This document shows positions 43,355 to 52,450 of a stretch of DNA of 64,000 nucleotides, piece by piece. The first letter of the stretch is position 1; each line of letters opens with the position of its first letter. Source of the DNA: Anaerolineae bacterium (GTDB taxonomy: Bacteria; Chloroflexota; Anaerolineae; B4-G1; SLSP01); contig JBNGCW010000013.1 in NCBI GenBank assembly GCA_049975525.1, positions 5,004 through 69,003 of the forward strand. The letters run 5' to 3'. Position numbers and translations under genes: made by a program. The notes under the pieces were generated by a model. The model was not told the origin of the DNA. It saw only the letters and a program-made list of their open reading frames with translations, and made no database searches.

Positions 43355-43487
43355 CCTCACGCCAAGACACAAAAGTCGCCAAGATTTTTAAGTGGCTTAT
43401 TACTTTTTCGATACCAAAACCGACTCAGATCAATAAAATTTACAATTTTATGAATTTCCTTAACGTTCTTGGCGCCTTTGTGTGAGG
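43355..43487. repeat. Imperfect inverted repeat flanking an AT-rich ~66-nt core
   Basis: Left arm CCTCACGCCAAGACACAAAAGTCGCCAAGATTTTTAAG (43355-43392). The reverse complement of the right arm (43459-43487) is CCTCACACAAAGGCGCCAAGAACGTTAAG. Confidence 0.6.
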
Positions 43488-43494
43488 TTGATGG

Positions 43495-43541
43495 CTATTT
43501 CAGTATGGCCAAGACTTGACTCTACTGAAATAAGGGTCAGC
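43495..43541. repeat. 47-nt repeat element type 2, copy 2
   Basis: CTATTTCAGTATGGCCAAGACTTGACTCTACTGAAATAAGGGTCAGC aligns with 13338-13384. Confidence 0.75.
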
Positions 43542-43570
43542 CAAAAAAAGTCGAGAAAGAGGTCAACTTT

Positions 43571-45499
43571 TCAATCTCTAGCAGAACACCGCCACAGAAA
43601 CAATGACCTTCCGGTGAATCCCCTCTCTTCAATAGGAACGTCAGATAGGAAAAAATCCGCACGATTTGATGTTATATCGGCAATATAAGCATTATAAGGC
43701 GCATAAAAGAATTCGCCTTCTTGCATATACTCCTCGGTGAACTCAGAAAGATCAACCACCATGTAATCAACCCCATATTTCTCGCAGAAATCCATTATAG
43801 TCTCTTTGTCCTCCGAATAGTAAGCCGCAAAGAAATCGATGACTCGCTCACGTCCTACAAAAGAGATTTCTCTACTTAAGAAGACGCTCCGTTGAGAAAA
43901 CAAGGGGATATTAGACAGAATATCTGGGCTGCCAGCCAAAAGCGCATCCTCAGGGAGGGTTGCAATATATCTCAAAAGGGAACGTTGTTCATCTGGAACC
44001 GTCATCATATCATCTTTTACATGAGGCAAAAAGACCATAAGCAAGAAGAGAGCATAGAATCCCCACACGAGTTTCGGTACTCTTTGTCCTCGCTGCACCG
44101 TCTTTAACCCGCCCAATATGCGTCCATGCAAAAGAGCGATAGCCCCCACGACAAAGGGCACACTTCCGATTAATCTGGCATAGAGGGCTCTTTGTAGATC
44201 TGTCAACAGCACACTGAAGGATAAAATGACTACGCCAATAATAGCCAGTCCCAGTCGCCAACGAGATCTAGGTATCGCCCATAAGGCAATCAGATGAGTC
44301 AACAAGGCTTCACTGTTCAGTGAACATACAAGGAAAAACCACAGGGACAAAGGCGCATTCGTATACTTAAAGGGATAAAGTAAAACAAATTCACCAAATA
44401 ACAACGCCGTGATCCAACATAAAAGCCAAGTGCTGAGGCTGGCGAACAAGAGAGCATTAAGTTTAGGATAGCGGAATGCATCAAATCCCTTCACCACGAT
44501 AATGAGCACTAAGACAAGAAATAAGGGGATCAAATGATAAAAATCATCCAACTCAGCGAATAAACCGCCGTATCCAATGACAAGAAAATAGGGAAAACCC
44601 GAGTTGAAAGTTGGGAAAATAGGTATCCTCCCGCCAGCCTGGTATCTTGGATTCTCCCAAACCGACACATTCGCGTCGAAACCGTCCCAAATAGGAGAAA
44701 CAGAGGAATGAATTACGTTCAAGTCAAATATAAGCAGCCCCAGTAACCCACTCACAAAAAGCGGCAATAAAGTTTCCTTCGAAAAGAACGACCGGCTCCA
44801 CCCAGCAGGTTTCCAACAGGGTTTTCGCTCATCTCTTTTTTGAAAGAGCAAACGACAACCAAAAACCGCACTAATGTACGCCAGTATGGAGACCACAAAA
44901 GTGGGCCCATAGAAAAGAATTTGACATCCTAACGCCAGCGTGACACCTACCCAAGAGCCCCGCAAGAAATAGTACAAAAACGCCAACAACAAAACGAATT
45001 GAAAAGACCGCTCCAGACCCGAAAGCGGGCTCATCTTTGAGGAAGTTCCCAACACGAATAATCCAAACAATGCAGTAATAAAAGCGGACTGTGGTGCAGA
45101 TCGGGTGACGTCAAGGGCTAAACCGAACAAGTAAAATGCGGCCAGAGCCACGTTAAGAAAAGGTAGAACCTTATTGAAAGTTAGAAAATCCACAAAACAG
45201 CTCGCAAAACGATAAAGCAAACTGAAACCGGGACTCTGAGGGTTGAAGAGAAGCCTCCCACCCCACAAATCGACTGTGCGGATCCCTTTGACGTTCTCAA
45301 TAAGCTCATCTTCCGGGAAGAGCTCAGGATTTTGATAACGCGCCATCCAAAAATATTGACGTACATCGTCGTCAATATGGTAAGGATCCTCTAAGGCATT
45401 ATATTGAACGCCCAGCGTCAACCCAAGTACAAGTGCCAGAGCTATCCAAAACCATTTTCGATGAACAACGTCTCTCATTTGATCCCTAGTTCGGTACAA
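43571..45499 (-). CDS. Large polytopic membrane protein, function unknown (possible glycan polymerase/GT-C-like)
   Basis: 642 aa with many hydrophobic segments. Acidic first loop (PYHIDDDVRQYFWMARY). Soluble C-terminal domain. Low-GC codon usage like its neighbours. Confidence 0.65.
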   Translation of the reverse strand: MYRTRDQMRDVVHRKWFWIALALVLGLTLGVQYNALEDPYHIDDDVRQYFWMARYQNPELFPEDELIENVKGIRTVDLWGGRLLFNPQSPGFSLLYRFASCFVDFLTFNKVLPFLNVALAAFYLFGLALDVTRSAPQSAFITALFGLFVLGTSSKMSPLSGLERSFQFVLLLAFLYYFLRGSWVGVTLALGCQILFYGPTFVVSILAYISAVFGCRLLFQKRDERKPCWKPAGWSRSFFSKETLLPLFVSGLLGLLIFDLNVIHSSVSPIWDGFDANVSVWENPRYQAGGRIPIFPTFNSGFPYFLVIGYGGLFAELDDFYHLIPLFLVLVLIIVVKGFDAFRYPKLNALLFASLSTWLLCWITALLFGEFVLLYPFKYTNAPLSLWFFLVCSLNSEALLTHLIALWAIPRSRWRLGLAIIGVVILSFSVLLTDLQRALYARLIGSVPFVVGAIALLHGRILGGLKTVQRGQRVPKLVWGFYALFLLMVFLPHVKDDMMTVPDEQRSLLRYIATLPEDALLAGSPDILSNIPLFSQRSVFLSREISFVGRERVIDFFAAYYSEDKETIMDFCEKYGVDYMVVDLSEFTEEYMQEGEFFYAPYNAYIADITSNRADFFLSDVPIEERGFTGRSLFLWRCSARD

Positions 45500-45514
45500 T
45501 GACGCATATCTCGA

Positions 45515-47107
45515 TCAACGCCATCTGATCCTGTATACACGAACTGTTCCATATACTTCATTATCAAAGGCCTGCTCCAAGACGGCATGGCTCGCCAAAA
45601 ACTCCTCAAATTCTCTTCGTGAGAGGGTGAGAAATTGAGCATAGAGCTCTTCTCCCGGCTCGTCGGTGATAAATCCATCGGCATGATCATCGATAATGAA
45701 AACGTCGGGACGCAGGTAAGCAAGCGCCTCGGCAACGGTACTCCCAGGTCGATAGCGCTGATAGTAAACCAGTTCTTCCCAGGAATCATAGTCATGAGTA
45801 TACAAATCAAACCAATAGGTTTGAGTCCCAATAATCGCGTCATCAGGACGAATCACTTCGTTGAGTCTCTCTTGAGTGGCAAGATAATAAGGATATATGT
45901 TTACATTCCACTGTAAAATGATCAATAATACACTGGCAACATAGGCGGCTAATATCAGAACACGTCGGGCGTAGGCCCAAAGCGTTCTCTGACGCGCTCG
46001 CGTTATCTCCAACCACACGACATACGCAATCGCCAGGTCCAGACCAGGAGTAATCAAGATCGTGTAGTACGACATCTTATTTCGAATCAGCAAAGCACCG
46101 AAGAGAATCAACGCGCCAGCCAAAACGGCAACAGTGTTACTTTCTCCATCCAAAGAGCGGACCAACGCGAACAACACGAAAACTATCAAGATGCTACCGA
46201 TGGGATAGATTTCCCAAAGAGAAAGCGCTAAATCAGCAAAACTTTTCAGAATAACCCGAGGATCCCCGGTCAACAACGGTGGCGTATGTGTTGCGGAGAA
46301 AAATATGCGGTTGAATTCAAAATAGGTTCTGGGAGAAGGAAGAAGATGGAGGCTCCCGTAAAGCCCCAGCCCCAATCCTCCGCCCAGCACGATCTCATAG
46401 AAAGAACGTTTTCTAAAAATCCGCCCACGCCAGCGATAAAACTCAAGAGAGAGTAAAACCGGACCATAGATAGCAGCGTGAGCGTGACACTCGAAGGCAA
46501 CGCCGACCAGCAGACCGGCGACCACATTCCACCAGCCTCTATGTGAAGAGCGACGATAAAAGTAGAATGCTAATGCTGCGTAACCGAACCCAGCAGCCAT
46601 TATATCACTACGGGCCAAATGAGCAGAAAAAGAAAAGGGCAAAGAAGTCACAACGAGAAGCGCACTCAACAGCGCATATTCCCTACCCTTTAACCACAGA
46701 GCTAACACATATACACTGCCCACAAGAAAAAAGCCAAACAGCAAGGAGACAAAACGCGCGGCGCAAAGAGTAGGAGCACCACGCAGCCAAAAACTGATTG
46801 CGTATGCCAAAATGGGGAAAATCGGGAAGTAGGAGCCATACCCCTTATATGATTGCATAAAGTCGCTGTCGAGAGAGCCGTAAATCCGCCCCGTCTGCAA
46901 GAACCCCCAAGCGCGACTTGCATTCCAGGCTTCATCCACAAAAGGAAGGGGAAAACGCAGCAAAGACCAGCCGTGGAACCCTAAGAAAAGAACCGTCAGA
47001 AAAACGATAAGCCAACGGCTGCGATATATTTTCGTCATCACGCCACCAGCAACTTGCGTGAGTGAAAAATCACTCACCGTGATAATTTGATCTTCATAAT
47101 ATCCCAA
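45515..47107 (-). CDS. GT39/ArnT-like GT-C glycosyltransferase
   Basis: First-loop FVDEAWNASRAWGFLQTGRIYG and the following helices resemble the ArnT/PMT family. Soluble C-terminal domain. Confidence 0.7.
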   Translation of the reverse strand: MGYYEDQIITVSDFSLTQVAGGVMTKIYRSRWLIVFLTVLFLGFHGWSLLRFPLPFVDEAWNASRAWGFLQTGRIYGSLDSDFMQSYKGYGSYFPIFPILAYAISFWLRGAPTLCAARFVSLLFGFFLVGSVYVLALWLKGREYALLSALLVVTSLPFSFSAHLARSDIMAAGFGYAALAFYFYRRSSHRGWWNVVAGLLVGVAFECHAHAAIYGPVLLSLEFYRWRGRIFRKRSFYEIVLGGGLGLGLYGSLHLLPSPRTYFEFNRIFFSATHTPPLLTGDPRVILKSFADLALSLWEIYPIGSILIVFVLFALVRSLDGESNTVAVLAGALILFGALLIRNKMSYYTILITPGLDLAIAYVVWLEITRARQRTLWAYARRVLILAAYVASVLLIILQWNVNIYPYYLATQERLNEVIRPDDAIIGTQTYWFDLYTHDYDSWEELVYYQRYRPGSTVAEALAYLRPDVFIIDDHADGFITDEPGEELYAQFLTLSRREFEEFLASHAVLEQAFDNEVYGTVRVYRIRWR

Positions 47108-47769
47108 AAGGTCCGCAGCATCGTCGGTACATTAAGAACTTTTGAACTGCCAGACCTGCGAGGCTGCACGACCACAGGTGCATAGGAGATTCTCAAATTA
47201 CGCTCACCACAATACGACGCTACAAGATAGTTTTGCAGAGCGGTCGTGCTGACAAAGGGGATTTTCTTCAATATCTCGTTGCGAATCAGGAAAACGCCAG
47301 AGTATCCTTCCAGCTCAACCCCCAACGCCCATCGAATAAATGCGTTCATGAAGAACGTCAAAGACCGGCGAAAGAAGTCGCGTTGTTCTTCTTGACGCAT
47401 CAAGAGAACCAGATCACTTTGTTCTGCCGCTTTTATCATGCCCAACACTGCATGCGCAGAAATCTGGCCGTCTGCAGGCATCCAAAGAATCCACTCGTTT
47501 GTAGCATGGGCTACGCCGGTCCATATGGCAGCAGCCAACCCCTTGTTTTCCACATGGCGGAGGGGCCTCACATCCAACATCTCCTCGGAAAGGCCCATAA
47601 TCTCATCCCACGTGCCATCCACGCTCCCATCGTCTACGATGACCCACTCCATCTCCCCGGCAACCGCAGGAGATAACACCGCGTGAGCCTCGAAAACAGT
47701 AGCCCTCACGTTCTCTTCTTCGTTGTAGGCGGGAACAATAACACTTAGACTTTTCAAGAAGAAAACCAC
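47074..47769 (-). CDS. GT2 glycosyltransferase (soluble, ArnC/polyprenyl-phosphate sugar synthase-like)
   Basis: LSVIVPAYNEEENV, DDGSVDGT, MPADGQ. Confidence 0.85.
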   Translation of the reverse strand: MVFFLKSLSVIVPAYNEEENVRATVFEAHAVLSPAVAGEMEWVIVDDGSVDGTWDEIMGLSEEMLDVRPLRHVENKGLAAAIWTGVAHATNEWILWMPADGQISAHAVLGMIKAAEQSDLVLLMRQEEQRDFFRRSLTFFMNAFIRWALGVELEGYSGVFLIRNEILKKIPFVSTTALQNYLVASYCGERNLRISYAPVVVQPRRSGSSKVLNVPTMLRTFWDIMKIKLSR

Positions 47770-48377
47770 GTAAATCGTACCTCGTCCTCAGCATCGATTT
47801 CTACTTTGCCAACCACCTTAACCGGTACGCCAAAGGCAATAGAGTAAGCCGGAACATCACGGTTAACAAAACTATGAGCGCCGATGACACAGTGATCTCC
47901 AATATGCACCCCTCTTTGAATAACAGTCAAGGGGCCAATATAGCAGCAATTTCCTATTGAGGTACTAGAATGCGGATAAGAAGCTTTCCCCGCTGTCAGC
48001 GCCCACGCAACAGAGTCGTGAGTGTAGATTTGAACTCCTGCAGAGATACTGCACCAATCCCCGATTGACAACCCACCTGAACCATCCAAAATAGTATAAG
48101 GGCCAATCCACGTCTGCTCTCCCACCTTCACATCCCCCAATACTATACAGGAATCATAGATACTGGCCCCTTCACCAAAGCCTAGATACTCCGCTCTTTC
48201 CCAACGATCAAACAGCTCCTCGTTAAATGGTAAAGATCTTTGCCAGCGTGCTTTAATCTCACGTCGCAACCGGAGATGTAATTCTAGCATCCGTTGGTAA
48301 CCTTCGAGGTCACGCTTCCACTCCCTGTCCGAATCGCCCCCCATACCGATCGCACCCCCTGATGATCGCAACGACAA
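47754..48377 (-). CDS. Hexapeptide-repeat (LbH) acetyltransferase
   Basis: Repeats IGPYTILDGSGGLSIGDWCSISAGVQIYTHDS...IGPLTVIQRGVHIGDHCVIGAHSFV. Confidence 0.8.
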   Translation of the reverse strand: MSLRSSGGAIGMGGDSDREWKRDLEGYQRMLELHLRLRREIKARWQRSLPFNEELFDRWERAEYLGFGEGASIYDSCIVLGDVKVGEQTWIGPYTILDGSGGLSIGDWCSISAGVQIYTHDSVAWALTAGKASYPHSSTSIGNCCYIGPLTVIQRGVHIGDHCVIGAHSFVNRDVPAYSIAFGVPVKVVGKVEIDAEDEVRFTWFSS

Positions 48378-48387
48378 AGTCTAAAGT

Positions 48388-50265
48388 CTATAGAAAAATG
48401 CGACACCACCATTCAAAGCTCAACAACGACCAGATCAGTAAGCGTCGATTTCTGTACCCCTCCAAATGCTCCTGGATCAACTCCCGCACTGTCTCATAAC
48501 GAAGATAATCGTAGATTTGCGCACCTTCATCCAACAACAATCTACGCACGTACTCAATACTCTCCCCTCGAAACCAACTGGCATCCGGCCCGCTAAACCC
48601 CTGTTTAACTCCCTTTACGTACTCCTCCGACATGTAATGCCCTAACACCTTTCGAAGAATAATTTTTCCGTCATCGGTTTTCTGAATATACTTTTTCACC
48701 TTCGGCCCAGGCTCGTTTTCGTCAATGTGCACAACCCGATCCAGATCTCTCAACTTCGCATGCACCGGCAGGCGCATAGCAAACTCAACCAAATCATTAT
48801 CCAGAAAAGGTACTCGGGTCTCCAGGCTATGGGCCATACTAAGTTTGTCTTCTACCAACAGCAGGCCGTGCAAAAACGTCTTACTTTCAAAGTACAGTGA
48901 ACGATTGACGTAATCCTCGGGGGTCTCGGGATCTTGAGGATTACGAGCCATCACAGCACGAAAAATGTCTAAGGTCAGCGTATCTTTTATTTGCTCCCAA
49001 ATCTGTGGTTGAAACAGGTTTTGTATAACCTCGTCGCTCACCAAACGCTGCCAATAGCGGTAATATTTTCTAACATAGTCCTCAAAACTTAGATTTGAGA
49101 CCGCACGGTAATAACGCCATGGGTACCCAGCAAAAAGCTCATCTCCACCGGTGCCTGCCAAAACAACTTTGACGAACTTACTGGCCAAACGCGCAACATA
49201 GTAATTGGGATAGCACTGCCCCACCCGTAGATCTTCCAAATGCCAGATTAGTTCCGGCATAACCCGCTCCATATCCCCGGCTTTTAAAACCACCTCATAA
49301 TGCTCTGTTCTAAAGCGATGGGAAAGCGCCTCCGCCCGCTCCCGTTCATCAAATCCCAACTCCAGCCCGGAGGCCGAAGAGAGATCAAAGCCGGCGGTAA
49401 AGGTGGTGAGATAAGGGATCTCCCGTGCAGCAACAGCCGTAATAGCACCTGAATCCATCCCCCCACTCAAATAAGCTCCGACAGGAACGTCGCTGATCAA
49501 TTGACGACGCACCGCCTGGGCAAAAAGATGATGCAGCTCTTCTTCATAATCCGATAAGGATGCCGTTTCGTGGGGTTCTCGAAAGTCGAAATCCCAATAC
49601 TTTTCCCTTTCAAACTTACCAACCGCGTCTCTTTTAAGAACGGCAAAATGACCCGCCGACAACAGCTTGATCCCTTGAAACAGCGTTCTGTCCCTGAAAA
49701 CATTCTGAAATGTGAAATACTCCAGCAGCGTATAAGGATTCACTTCCCGTTTCACAGCCGGGTGCACCAACAGCGCCTTGATCTCCGAAGCGAAAAGGAA
49801 AACCTCAGATCCTTCATAGTAGTAAAGCGGCTTAATACCGTAACGATCACGCGCCAGAAACAATTCTTTGTTCTGGACATCCCACACAGCGAAAGCAAAC
49901 ATTCCATTAAAACGCTTCAAACAGGCGTGCCCCCACGCTTGATAAGCATACAACACCACTTCCGTATCCGTGTTGGAACGGAAACGATACCCCTTCGCCT
50001 CCAGCTCAGCCCGCAGCTCCAAATAGTTGTAGACTTCGCCATTGTAGACAATCGTCAACTTGCCATCTGTTGTCGTCATCGGTTGATCTCCGGCCGGGCT
50101 AAGATCTATAATTGCCAGCCGACGATGACCCAACGCCACACCCTCATGAACGTAATAGCCTTCACCATCCGGTCCTCGATGACGTATACTCTCGGTCATG
50201 GCATGGATAGTAGAAGGTGATATATGCTCCCCCTTCAGGTTAACGATACCAGCTATGCCACACAT
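48388..50265 (-). CDS. asnB: Asparagine synthase (glutamine-hydrolysing) family amidotransferase
   Basis: N-terminal nucleophile MCGIAG, HRGPDG, PP-loop YLSGGMDSG. Confidence 0.9.
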   Translation of the reverse strand: MCGIAGIVNLKGEHISPSTIHAMTESIRHRGPDGEGYYVHEGVALGHRRLAIIDLSPAGDQPMTTTDGKLTIVYNGEVYNYLELRAELEAKGYRFRSNTDTEVVLYAYQAWGHACLKRFNGMFAFAVWDVQNKELFLARDRYGIKPLYYYEGSEVFLFASEIKALLVHPAVKREVNPYTLLEYFTFQNVFRDRTLFQGIKLLSAGHFAVLKRDAVGKFEREKYWDFDFREPHETASLSDYEEELHHLFAQAVRRQLISDVPVGAYLSGGMDSGAITAVAAREIPYLTTFTAGFDLSSASGLELGFDERERAEALSHRFRTEHYEVVLKAGDMERVMPELIWHLEDLRVGQCYPNYYVARLASKFVKVVLAGTGGDELFAGYPWRYYRAVSNLSFEDYVRKYYRYWQRLVSDEVIQNLFQPQIWEQIKDTLTLDIFRAVMARNPQDPETPEDYVNRSLYFESKTFLHGLLLVEDKLSMAHSLETRVPFLDNDLVEFAMRLPVHAKLRDLDRVVHIDENEPGPKVKKYIQKTDDGKIILRKVLGHYMSEEYVKGVKQGFSGPDASWFRGESIEYVRRLLLDEGAQIYDYLRYETVRELIQEHLEGYRNRRLLIWSLLSFEWWCRIFL

Positions 50266-50277
50266 AGAATTCCCACG

Positions 50278-51453
50278 TCATCCACTCATCTGGAACGCTT
50301 TTTTCAACGTTTCTACAACATAGCCCTGCTCGACTTCAGTCATCTGGGGATACAAGGGCAAAGCCAAACTCAGACGATCCGCCAAAAAGGCTTTTGGAAA
50401 TTGATCCGGCGTAAAACCATATTTTTTCATGTAGTAGTTCTGAATCACAGGAGCATGCGTCCCTTGACGTGTGGCAACACCACGCTCCTCCATTCGCAGC
50501 ATCAAAGCGTTCCGCCACTCGTGCAATCGTGAGACATTCTCTAACGTAGGCTCTGTGGGACGGAACAGACATACATACGACTGATAGCCATGCAGGTATC
50601 CTTCCGGCACGACAGGCGTCTCCAGCCAATCCAAATCGGCTAACTGCTCGTCATACTTAAGCGCAAGACGACGGCGCTGTCTCAGAACCCAATCAACACG
50701 ATCCATTTGGACCGCACCCACCGCACCCTGCAGATCGGTTAGACGATAGTTGTATCCTAAATGATTATATTCAGCGAGCAGGAAACCCGCTTTTTTATGA
50801 TGACGATGAAGATCCGAACGCGAAGCGCCGTGATCGCGCAGCGAACGCGCCAACTGATCCAGGTTTTCGTCCTGGACGGTCAACATCCCCCCCTCACCCG
50901 TAGTGATCGATTTACGCGGATGAAAGCTAAAGCATCCTACATCACCCAGAGTACCGGCGTGGGCACCATGGTACCATGCTCCCAGCCCACAGGCTGCATC
51001 CTCCACGACCCAAAGGTCGTGAGCACGGGCAAGCTCTAAGATGCCGTCCATATCTGCACACAAGCCGAACAAATGCACCGGTATAAAGCCCACCGTCCGA
51101 GACGTAAGACACGCCTCCATCTGCTCAACTGCGATGTTGAAGGTCCGAAGATCGATGTCGCAAAAAACAGGAGTCCCCCCCAGATACTCAACGATGTTTG
51201 CCGTAGAAATCCAGGTAAAAGCCGGCACGATAACCTCATCTCCAGGTTTCACTCCCAGCATGGCGACGGCAATATGCAATGCCGCCGTGCAGGTACTCAC
51301 CGCCACTGCATGTTGGGATCCCGTGAAAGCAGCAAACTTCTGTTCAAATTCTTGCACATAAGGTCCCTGTACCACCCAACCGCTTTCTAACGGCTTCTGA
51401 ACAGCTTCCTTTTCCGCTTGTCCAAAGTAGGGCTTGGTAATTGGAACTTTCAT
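50278..51453 (-). CDS. DegT/DnrJ/EryC1/StrS-family PLP-dependent sugar aminotransferase
   Basis: PITKPYFG, FHPRKSITTGEGG (PLP Lys). The ATG at 51453 lies 6 nt after AAGGAG and overlaps the upstream stop (ATGA). Confidence 0.9.
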   Translation of the reverse strand: MKVPITKPYFGQAEKEAVQKPLESGWVVQGPYVQEFEQKFAAFTGSQHAVAVSTCTAALHIAVAMLGVKPGDEVIVPAFTWISTANIVEYLGGTPVFCDIDLRTFNIAVEQMEACLTSRTVGFIPVHLFGLCADMDGILELARAHDLWVVEDAACGLGAWYHGAHAGTLGDVGCFSFHPRKSITTGEGGMLTVQDENLDQLARSLRDHGASRSDLHRHHKKAGFLLAEYNHLGYNYRLTDLQGAVGAVQMDRVDWVLRQRRRLALKYDEQLADLDWLETPVVPEGYLHGYQSYVCLFRPTEPTLENVSRLHEWRNALMLRMEERGVATRQGTHAPVIQNYYMKKYGFTPDQFPKAFLADRLSLALPLYPQMTEVEQGYVVETLKKAFQMSG

Positions 51454-52415
51454 GTTTGCTCCTTCTCCCACTCCGTTTCACGCCAGCGAAGCAACGTTTG
51501 TAACCCTTCCCGCAATCCTACTTCGGCCTGGAACCCCAAGAGCTCTTCCGCTTTCTCAGTACTTCCTACCCGATGAGAGACAAACATGTGAGCTTGAGGA
51601 CGATACGTAGGACGCAACTCTGATCCCGTTAAATCTAGCAGCAAATGTACTAACTCATTAATACTAGTCTCAACACCGGTGCCGATGTTGAAAAACTCAT
51701 CTGTGACGTCGCTTTTAGCACCCAGAATATTAGCGCGGGCGATGTCCGTCACGTAAATGAAATCGTAGGTTTGTGAACCATCACCGAAAATAATCGGAGG
51801 CTGCCCGGCATGGATACGGTCCAGTACCTTCATAATCACACTTACGTATGTACCTTTGTAATCCATTCTTGGACCATAAATATTCATATAACGATAACCG
51901 ACATAGTCTAACCCATACATGTCGTTGTACGCACGCAAAATCTGCTCGACTGCTATCTTACCAGCTCCGTACATTGTGCGGTTATTGAAAGGATGATCCT
52001 CAGTCATGGGCTTGGTCAATGCATCTCCATACACAGAAGCCGAGGAAGAGTAAACAATCCGCTTGACGCCGGCCTGATGGGCAGCTTCAATCACGTTAAA
52101 ATTTCCCACGATATTGACATTAACACAAGCCCGAGGGTCATCCACACACTGCCCTAACCAAAGTGCGGCGAGAAGAAAAACGACATCCACCCCCTCCATA
52201 ACACGCTGCACATGTTCCCGATCAACAATGTCTCCTTCTATGATTTCAACCCGAGGATCGCGTGCTGCATCGGATAGATTAGCACGCGTCCCTCTCACGA
52301 AATTGTCGAAAACAAGAATGTCAGATACGTCTTCCTGAGTCAACAGATCCACCAGATGCGAACCTACAAAGCCGGCCCCACCAAACACACCTACACGAGC
52401 CCCCTTAAGATCCAT
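51450..52415 (-). CDS. NAD-dependent nucleotide-sugar epimerase/dehydratase (extended SDR)
   Basis: GGAGFVGSHLV, SSSASVYG, YGAGK (YxxxK). Start at ATG 52415 after AAGGAGG. Confidence 0.85.
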   Translation of the reverse strand: MDLKGARVGVFGGAGFVGSHLVDLLTQEDVSDILVFDNFVRGTRANLSDAARDPRVEIIEGDIVDREHVQRVMEGVDVVFLLAALWLGQCVDDPRACVNVNIVGNFNVIEAAHQAGVKRIVYSSSASVYGDALTKPMTEDHPFNNRTMYGAGKIAVEQILRAYNDMYGLDYVGYRYMNIYGPRMDYKGTYVSVIMKVLDRIHAGQPPIIFGDGSQTYDFIYVTDIARANILGAKSDVTDEFFNIGTGVETSINELVHLLLDLTGSELRPTYRPQAHMFVSHRVGSTEKAEELLGFQAEVGLREGLQTLLRWRETEWEKEQT

Positions 52416-52450
52416 TTTCACATCCTCCTTCCTGCATCCTACACCTCCAC

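Noticed and set aside
43205-43688. Track ORFs 43205-43453 and 43482-43688 in the AT-rich spacer.
   Set aside because: They have no RBS, are low-complexity, and run across repeat elements and into the 3' end of the opposite-strand gene. They are most likely non-coding.
39186-52450. Mobile-element borders (integrase, transposase, tRNA target, direct repeats) for the low-GC island.
   Set aside because: None is visible at either boundary, so the region is reported as a compositional island only, not as a defined mobile element.
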